DNA of 40,983 nucleotides. Source: a bacterium. GTDB taxonomy: Bacteria; Cyanobacteriota; Vampirovibrionia; Obscuribacterales; JAKAZS01. The notes beneath the pieces are model-generated. The model saw only the letters and a program-made list of their open reading frames with translations, did not search any database and was not told the DNA's origin. Positions 35,100 to 40,983 of the stretch are shown here, piece after piece (the stretch's first letter is position 1; the number at the start of each line of letters is the position of its first letter). The stretch lies in the NCBI GenBank assembly GCA_021785395.1, contig JAJYFO010000002.1, forward strand, positions 1-40,983, in the 5' to 3' direction. Made by a program: the position numbers and the translations under genes.

Positions 35100-37397
35100 A
35101 TGACATACGAAGATCCTGCTTCTAGTTATAAGTTATTAAGTATTTTGAAAATTATATTTATCGCCTTTATATTGGCTCTATTTACTACTGGTTATACGTT
35201 GTGGGTTAATCAGAAATTTTATGTAAACGAAGCTAACGATATCTTTTCGCAAATAAGCCGGTATACCGCTAATGAGTTATGTAAATTGTATATTTTCGAC
35301 GATAGTTTTGGTGCGCTTGGTTTAAAAAACTCTAAATTGATTAATCCACCAAGTCTAAACAGTGAAAAAGACCTGTATAGTTTTAACTATTTACGTAAGT
35401 TGTTTATTAAAGACTTATCTCTTGCCAGAGATCTCAATCTGACATTTTTAGCAAAGTTGATTGATAATGATCAAAAACAGATTATGAGCCTTGAGAAAGA
35501 TTATAACATCAAAATACGTCAAGCCGTTGAACCAGCAAAAGCTTTATCTGACGAAACTAATAAAGATACCTATATAAATTTAAATGACTCCAATGTAAAT
35601 ATTCAAGGCTGTGTGTACAATAAAGTTTTTCAGAAACTAAAGACTTTGAATAACGATAAACTCGGTCAAATAGTAGCTTTTGAAATAAAATTGGGTAATG
35701 CTCCAGAATATTTAAGTAAACGCAAACAAGATTATATTCTTATAGACCCTATTTATTTTCATGAAACAGACACAACACCTAATGCTTTATTGATAACTGC
35801 CAAGTTTAATAAAAGTGTTATCGATAAAAATATAGTTATAAAATCAACCGTGCAGAAATCCTGTGTGCTTATTAAAAATAATAAATTACCAAAAGTAAAA
35901 TCGGTAATAATGTTAAATTTTCCCCAAGGTACACCCAGCAATATTAAATGCTTTAATGATTTATTAATTAATTCAATTTGGAAAAACAGTGGAAAATGGT
36001 ATCAGGTTATTGATGATGAATTTCCTGGTAAAGGTTCGCTATCACCTCCGTTACAGTCATTTTTAAATTCCATGACACCAGATCAAAGTATACAGCTTTT
36101 GTTATACCACTGGCTAAAAGAATTGGGTCCAGATGTTGATAGTAACAAGCTTAAAAATCTGATTAATTCTAAATGGTTGTTGATAAATAATCAGGCTAGA
36201 GATTCAAAACTTGTTGTTGTTTCGAATTCAGCTTTGGTAAATGACGTAAATAATTATGATAGTATTTTAAACAACATTAATTTTGCCAAGCCATTTATAC
36301 AAAACTTAGTTAATCTATGTTTTAAATATCAATATGATCATTCATCGTTTTTTCCTAGTAATGCTCTATCAATCAAGATAAACAACAATAACGAGTGCCT
36401 TGTTCCCAATTCTCAGTCAAAAGTTAATGAAACCGGTTTTGATTTTTTAGCAAACTTGGCTAATACTCTGAATTATTCTAATAATATTTTAGTAATATTA
36501 AATGATTTGTTAGCTAAAAACTATATCATCCAGGCACAATTTAATAATAAGGCTAGGTTAACCGAAAATAATGGTTTGTTATTAGAAATAACTTATAAAG
36601 AAAAAAATCTATATAATATTTTTAAGCTTGTTAACTATCAGTGCCAGTATCTGTCTGATAATCTGTTGAATATTTCGCAAAATGGTTTTTATAAAATTCC
36701 AGGTAATATAAGAGCGTTTTATTTGAATAAAGACAATATTTTTGTACCTTATTTCCAAACCAATCAACCTTTAAACAGTTTATGTCAACTTAAATATGAT
36801 ACTGCTAATCTAAAAGCTATCAATAAAATTTTAGACAATTTTATAAAACAGTTACCTAGTAATGATATGAAAGCTGTTTATACTGCCCAAAATTATACAA
36901 AATTTATTAAAGATAAATATAACCAGAACATTGACTTTGAGATCATGAATAAAAAATATTTAAATAATTTAAATGTTGATAATCAGATTAATCCTTATTG
37001 TGTTTTATTAGATTCATCTAAAGTTATTAACAATGATAATTTTGATAGTGAATTTAATAATGTTTTTATAAGGTTTAAAAATCCTTTTGCAAATATTGAA
37101 AGATTTCCCGTTAATACTTTGTTTTATAATTCACATAGTGCTTTAAACAACAGTAATAATGTATTTTGGTCTGTCGCTATAATGGATTTTGTTGGTAAAA
37201 CAAATAAATATGATGCATTTTCACCAATTACTTCTTCTGACGCTTTATGGTATCAACCAAATGATTCTATTGCTAATCAGGCTCCTGGGCTAGCAGGTAT
37301 AATTAATATTTATATGCCTATGGTTGGCTTAAATAAATTCCCACAATCGGAAAAATTAAAAATTAATACTTTAATACCACAGTTAAACATGCCCTAA
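35100..37397 (+). CDS. Large N-terminally membrane-anchored Asn/Lys-rich protein, unknown function
   Basis: Single hydrophobic helix LLSILKIIFIAFILALFTTGYTLWV, then ~720 aa with no motif I recognise. Confidence 0.55.
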   Translation: MTYEDPASSYKLLSILKIIFIAFILALFTTGYTLWVNQKFYVNEANDIFSQISRYTANELCKLYIFDDSFGALGLKNSKLINPPSLNSEKDLYSFNYLRKLFIKDLSLARDLNLTFLAKLIDNDQKQIMSLEKDYNIKIRQAVEPAKALSDETNKDTYINLNDSNVNIQGCVYNKVFQKLKTLNNDKLGQIVAFEIKLGNAPEYLSKRKQDYILIDPIYFHETDTTPNALLITAKFNKSVIDKNIVIKSTVQKSCVLIKNNKLPKVKSVIMLNFPQGTPSNIKCFNDLLINSIWKNSGKWYQVIDDEFPGKGSLSPPLQSFLNSMTPDQSIQLLLYHWLKELGPDVDSNKLKNLINSKWLLINNQARDSKLVVVSNSALVNDVNNYDSILNNINFAKPFIQNLVNLCFKYQYDHSSFFPSNALSIKINNNNECLVPNSQSKVNETGFDFLANLANTLNYSNNILVILNDLLAKNYIIQAQFNNKARLTENNGLLLEITYKEKNLYNIFKLVNYQCQYLSDNLLNISQNGFYKIPGNIRAFYLNKDNIFVPYFQTNQPLNSLCQLKYDTANLKAINKILDNFIKQLPSNDMKAVYTAQNYTKFIKDKYNQNIDFEIMNKKYLNNLNVDNQINPYCVLLDSSKVINNDNFDSEFNNVFIRFKNPFANIERFPVNTLFYNSHSALNNSNNVFWSVAIMDFVGKTNKYDAFSPITSSDALWYQPNDSIANQAPGLAGIINIYMPMVGLNKFPQSEKLKINTLIPQLNMP

Positions 37398-37431
37398 TTT
37401 ATCTTTGGGTTGCAGTTTTCAGTTGTTAAGC

Positions 37432-37460
37432 TTGAAAAAATGGCTCTTTAATACTATAAT
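37432..37460 (+). promoter_or_regulatory. Candidate sigma-70 promoter for the 37496 gene
   Basis: TTGAAA (37432-37437), 17-nt spacer, TATAAT (37455-37460), 36 nt upstream of ATG 37496. Confidence 0.45.
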
Positions 37461-37495
37461 ACGATTACAAAATCTTTATGAGTAGGTTTTAAATT

Positions 37496-38224
37496 ATGAC
37501 AGAGTCTAACAATAATAATATTGAGCCTTATAAATCACGGCTAGCCAGGCTTGAAAGCATAATTGATAGCTTGTCAGAATTTGAACAGGACGAAATCCGC
37601 CTAAAGCTCATGTATTTAGAAGCTAGAAATCATGTAAGACTCGTTGAAAACTGGAAGTCCACTTTGGCGGTTGCTTTTCATATATTTCCATTTTTTTTTA
37701 TAATTCTTTCAATATCAGTTATAATTCCTAGTTTAATATTTCAATTTCATTTTATAGCTAATTTTAATTTATTGCTCTTATTTTCTTTAATTGCTTTATT
37801 TAGTCTTATCTCAACAGTTTTTGCTATTTTAGGGATTATGTTGACTATTCCTTCTCTTAATATACTTTATGCAATTAAAAAAGCCAGACAATTTCAGGTG
37901 AACCACTTTGAAATTCCACTTGATATAGATGATAGCCTGCACATTTGCCAGGCGGTTTTATACTCTAAATCAGACGTAATTATTGAGTCTGTCGATACGG
38001 TAAATAATATAATTAAAGCCCGTACTAAATTTAGTTTTAGAAGTCCTGGCGAGCTTATTGGCATAAATATTTATCCTATATCGCCAAAGTCATCTAAAGT
38101 ATCTGTCTATAGTAAATCTCTATTTCCGTCTATAGATTTGGGAAAAAATTATAGTAATGTTATCTTATTAACTAATTTAATTACGCAAGCAGCCAATGAT
38201 AAAACATACTTGAATGAGAATTAG
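37496..38224 (+). CDS. Membrane protein: N-terminal helix, two to three TM helices, C-terminal soluble domain (tentatively DUF1499-like)
   Basis: Hydrophobic block LAVAFHIFPFFFIILSISVIIPSLIF..LLLLFSLIALFSLISTVFAILGIMLTIPSL. The C-terminal IKARTKFSFRSPGELIGINI..SVYSKSLFPSIDLGKNYSNV loosely recalls the DUF1499 pattern. Confidence 0.5.
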   Translation: MTESNNNNIEPYKSRLARLESIIDSLSEFEQDEIRLKLMYLEARNHVRLVENWKSTLAVAFHIFPFFFIILSISVIIPSLIFQFHFIANFNLLLLFSLIALFSLISTVFAILGIMLTIPSLNILYAIKKARQFQVNHFEIPLDIDDSLHICQAVLYSKSDVIIESVDTVNNIIKARTKFSFRSPGELIGINIYPISPKSSKVSVYSKSLFPSIDLGKNYSNVILLTNLITQAANDKTYLNEN

Positions 38225-38246
38225 TTTTTAAAGTTAATTAGTATTT

Positions 38247-38963
38247 TTAAGCTATTTGGAATTCAATTGTGGAGGGTAGAATGTTGTTTAGAGCGTATTC
38301 TATATGTAGTACACGCCTGGTTGAATTTGTTGAGGCTATTTTAGGTGAGCTATGCACGATTAATGGCTTCATGATTATAATATCACCTGTTAATGCCTGG
38401 CAAGAAACGATATTAGTTTGATTAGTAATTAAATCGTTAATTTGACTTTGTGTTAATATACCACTTAAGTGAGAACCTTTATAGAATTTTATAGCACCAT
38501 TAGAATTGGTAGAATCGTCTAAATGAATTCTTATAGCTAACATCTGTTCTAAAATATGGGCTGGTGGCTGAACGTGAATCAATCCATCTTTTAGTGTATA
38601 GTTAATAAAACCTGGAAATATTTTATGTTCTTTAACGGCAATGGTTATATCTTGATGCCAGGGTACAAACCAGTTAGAATTTGACGTTTTATTAAATAAT
38701 AGGGCTCGTACAGGCTGGCAATCATTACCAAGCGCAACGCTGGCAAGCTCCATTATTTGGGGTGAATTAGCAAAATCATAAACAATTTTTGATGATTTTA
38801 GCATATGTCTTTGACCTGGCTTATTTAAAGACATCTTATCAGTCAAAACCGAGTCAACGGCCAGGGCTAGTTCTTTTAAATTAAAAGAACTAACAGCTGA
38901 TTTGACAAGGTCAAAGCCTAGATTAAATAAATTTACCAAATTAGGTTTAAGTGTTTTGCTCAT
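38247..38963 (-). CDS. Phytanoyl-CoA dioxygenase (PhyH) family Fe(II)/2-oxoglutarate oxygenase
   Basis: VPWHQD (H-x-D facial triad), distal His in IIIMKPLIVHSS, and Arg in TRRVLHIEY. Confidence 0.7.
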   Translation of the reverse strand: MSKTLKPNLVNLFNLGFDLVKSAVSSFNLKELALAVDSVLTDKMSLNKPGQRHMLKSSKIVYDFANSPQIMELASVALGNDCQPVRALLFNKTSNSNWFVPWHQDITIAVKEHKIFPGFINYTLKDGLIHVQPPAHILEQMLAIRIHLDDSTNSNGAIKFYKGSHLSGILTQSQINDLITNQTNIVSCQALTGDIIIMKPLIVHSSPKIASTNSTRRVLHIEYALNNILPSTIEFQIA

Positions 38964-39333
38964 GCTTCTATTGTACTATAACTTATAAATTAATTTTAAT
39001 AATTATCCTTATTTCAATTTGATATTGAACGTTAATTCTAGATTTATCAAAACAGATACTTAAAAATTAAACTTACAAGTTATTGCGATAATAGGTAAAA
39101 TAAGATTAAATATTTCTAATTAATTAAAAGCTTGAATAAATTAACAAAATTTAACAATGTTTTTTATTAACCTTGGATAATTGTGGTTTAATGTATTATA
39201 CAAACCTTACTACGATTTAGAATATAATTACGTGTACATTGTCATCGATTATTTATATTGTGTTAGATTAGTCTTTAATTTTGGTAGAATATCTATAGCT
39301 AAATTGTTTTAGGATAATTATTTTAAATAAACT

Positions 39334-40179
39334 ATGGAGCGGTCATTGAATTTAAACATCCAGTCGTCAACCTTTAAACCAACCAGTTTCAGACCCAAAA
39401 CCATTTTATGTGAAAGGCATGAGCTGATTAGGTTTGGTCTTAAAAGGGTGGTCTCGGAAGTAGTTGAAATTATCGGTGAGGCCAGTGACGGATTGACGGC
39501 GATGGAAATTATCCGCCGCCTCAAGCCTGAGTTAGTTATATTAGAGCTTGATTTAGATGGGCTCAACGGTGTAGAAATAGCCAGGCGCGTGCGTGAAGAA
39601 ATGCCGAACTCTAATGTATTGGTTTTGACCGATTCTTACCACGCCACCAAGTATTACAACCAATTGTCCAGAGCTGGAGCCAGGGGGTTTTGCCTTAAAA
39701 GCTCTGGTCCAAGAACCTTATTTGAGGCAATTGAACAGGTGACCAGAAATTTACCTTACTGCGACCCCAAGATAATCCAGCTAATCAAACAAAGTCCGGC
39801 TAATTCGATGCCTAACTGTAATTTGACCGAGCGTGAAATCGAAGTCTTGATTAGGTTAGACTTGCGCAATAAAGAGATTTCTGACGAATTGGATATGAAG
39901 CTTAGAACCGTTGAAAAGCACATTGAATGCATACTAGCCAAGTTAAAAGTTCCCACGCGAACGGCGGCTGCTTTAAAAGCCGTTCAGTTAGGGTATGTTT
40001 TATTGCCTAAAACACCAGGGCGAGATCCATCCACTGGTATCAGTCACGAGCAGACCGTGGCCGAACTTCAGGCTGAACTTGTGATCGCTAATGAACACTT
40101 GAAAAACCTCTTAAAGCAAAATGAATTGCTAAAAGAAGCCCTAAATGACCGCTTAAAAGGTTCTAAAGAGCAGTCTTAA
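39334..40179 (+). CDS. LuxR/NarL-family response regulator with atypical (non-phosphorylatable) receiver domain and C-terminal coiled-coil tail
   Basis: Receiver fold with KPELVILELDLDGLNG, VLVLTDS and GFCLKS. LuxR HTH LTEREIEVLIRL..NKEISDEL..TVEKHIECILAKLKV. The start may instead be TTG 39346, which has GGAG 6 nt upstream. Confidence 0.8.
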   Translation: MERSLNLNIQSSTFKPTSFRPKTILCERHELIRFGLKRVVSEVVEIIGEASDGLTAMEIIRRLKPELVILELDLDGLNGVEIARRVREEMPNSNVLVLTDSYHATKYYNQLSRAGARGFCLKSSGPRTLFEAIEQVTRNLPYCDPKIIQLIKQSPANSMPNCNLTEREIEVLIRLDLRNKEISDELDMKLRTVEKHIECILAKLKVPTRTAAALKAVQLGYVLLPKTPGRDPSTGISHEQTVAELQAELVIANEHLKNLLKQNELLKEALNDRLKGSKEQS

Positions 40180-40314
40180 ATATTTTTGTTTAATAAATCG
40201 ATGTCATAAACCTTAATTCGTCTCTATTAAACAAATTAAAGAGCAGTTCTAGTTTTTTCTATATTATATTTTTAGTAATTATGCTTATGACGCGAGGTTT
40301 TGGACAGGCTTTTA

Positions 40315-40983
40315 CTAAATGCTAAATAAAGATCGGCGGTTGGCGTACATTTCGTTTAGGTCTTTTTGTATTATATACTGTATTTCCCGTGAAATATTTA
40401 AAACCGTTCTACGGTTATTGGCCATGCTTGGGTCAAGGTTTAAGTATATTGGCTTATGTACGTTAATTTGCCACTGGATAGGCAGCGGAAAAAACATAAG
40501 CGGAAAGGGAAGCCAGGGAAATAGAGGAGTTATCGGAAAAAACGGCATTTTGACCAAGCGTGCTATTTTATTAACGTTTTTTAAAACCATATACGTTTCA
40601 TCACCACCTAAAGTGGCAACGGGTATAATCGGCAAGTTTTTAGATATGGCCAGTTTGACATAACCGGGGTTAAAATCGATTAGCCGATATTTTTGCTTTA
40701 CCGGTTTACTGACGCCTTTGATACCTTCTGGGTATATGCCGACCAATTCTCCTTTGTCGACTAATTTAATAGCATTGTCAAGTGTGGCGCGGACCTGTCC
40801 GGTCTGCGTCATCCAATTTAATAAGCCGGGGACTTTAAAAAACCAATCGGTAACCAAATACCTAATCCGTCTTGGCTCAGGGTGTAATTTGCACATCGCC
40901 ATGGTCAGCATAACCGCATCGATGGGCAGCATACCTGAATGGTTACCCACTAATAGGGCTGGACCAGACGACGGAATATTCTC
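40315..40983 (-). CDS. PlsC-family (lysophospholipid/glycerol-3-phosphate) acyltransferase; N-terminus runs off the window
   Basis: The reading frame is open to the window edge (ENIPSSGPALLVGNHSGMLPIDA). The NHxxxxxD block, YPEGIKG (for FPEGTR) and IIPVATLG (for IxPV) are acyltransferase motifs. Confidence 0.7.
   Translation of the reverse strand, partial: ENIPSSGPALLVGNHSGMLPIDAVMLTMAMCKLHPEPRRIRYLVTDWFFKVPGLLNWMTQTGQVRATLDNAIKLVDKGELVGIYPEGIKGVSKPVKQKYRLIDFNPGYVKLAISKNLPIIPVATLGGDETYMVLKNVNKIARLVKMPFFPITPLFPWLPFPLMFFPLPIQWQINVHKPIYLNLDPSMANNRRTVLNISREIQYIIQKDLNEMYANRRSLFSI

Overview
This is a gene-dense, visibly AT-rich bacterial chromosomal segment. It uses the standard genetic code: TAA, TAG and TGA all terminate long conserved ORFs. 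The phylum cannot be assigned by eye. About 33 protein-coding genes are supported. Most are recognisable housekeeping genes: nagZ-like GH3, metK, argS, sppA, thiolase, dsbD, GH1 beta-glucosidase, ribD, phosphofructokinase, sucCD, gpsA, holB, purA, and a PlsC-like acyltransferase cut by the window edge. I found no rRNA, tRNA, CRISPR array, transposase or integrase. Genes sit in long co-directional, often translationally coupled arrays, for example 28293 down to 15060 on the minus strand. Shine-Dalgarno (SD) motifs are clear and several starts are TTG or GTG. Six items stand out. (1) A translationally coupled SbcD/SbcC (YhaO/YhaN, Mre11/Rad50)-like pair at 15373..19366. Every nuclease metal-binding motif and the ATPase Walker A, signature, Walker B and H-loop motifs are substituted, and a two-helix membrane hairpin replaces the zinc hook. 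This is my top candidate for an undescribed system. (2) An ECF sigma / anti-sigma / Spy-CpxP-like envelope-stress module whose anti-sigma factor carries three complete tandem zinc-binding anti-sigma (ZAS) units with an exact 73-aa period. (3) A zinc-ribbon membrane protein containing eight near-identical units of about 102 bp encoding KLHSPLLGG plus an acidic DDDFDNY tract. (4) An orphan LuxR-type response regulator whose acidic phospho-pocket D-D-D reads E-R-E. (5) A WYL-domain protein without an HTH, followed by an unusually long convergent spacer. (6) Several large orphan secreted or membrane proteins. All functional calls come from motif recognition by eye. No searches were run.
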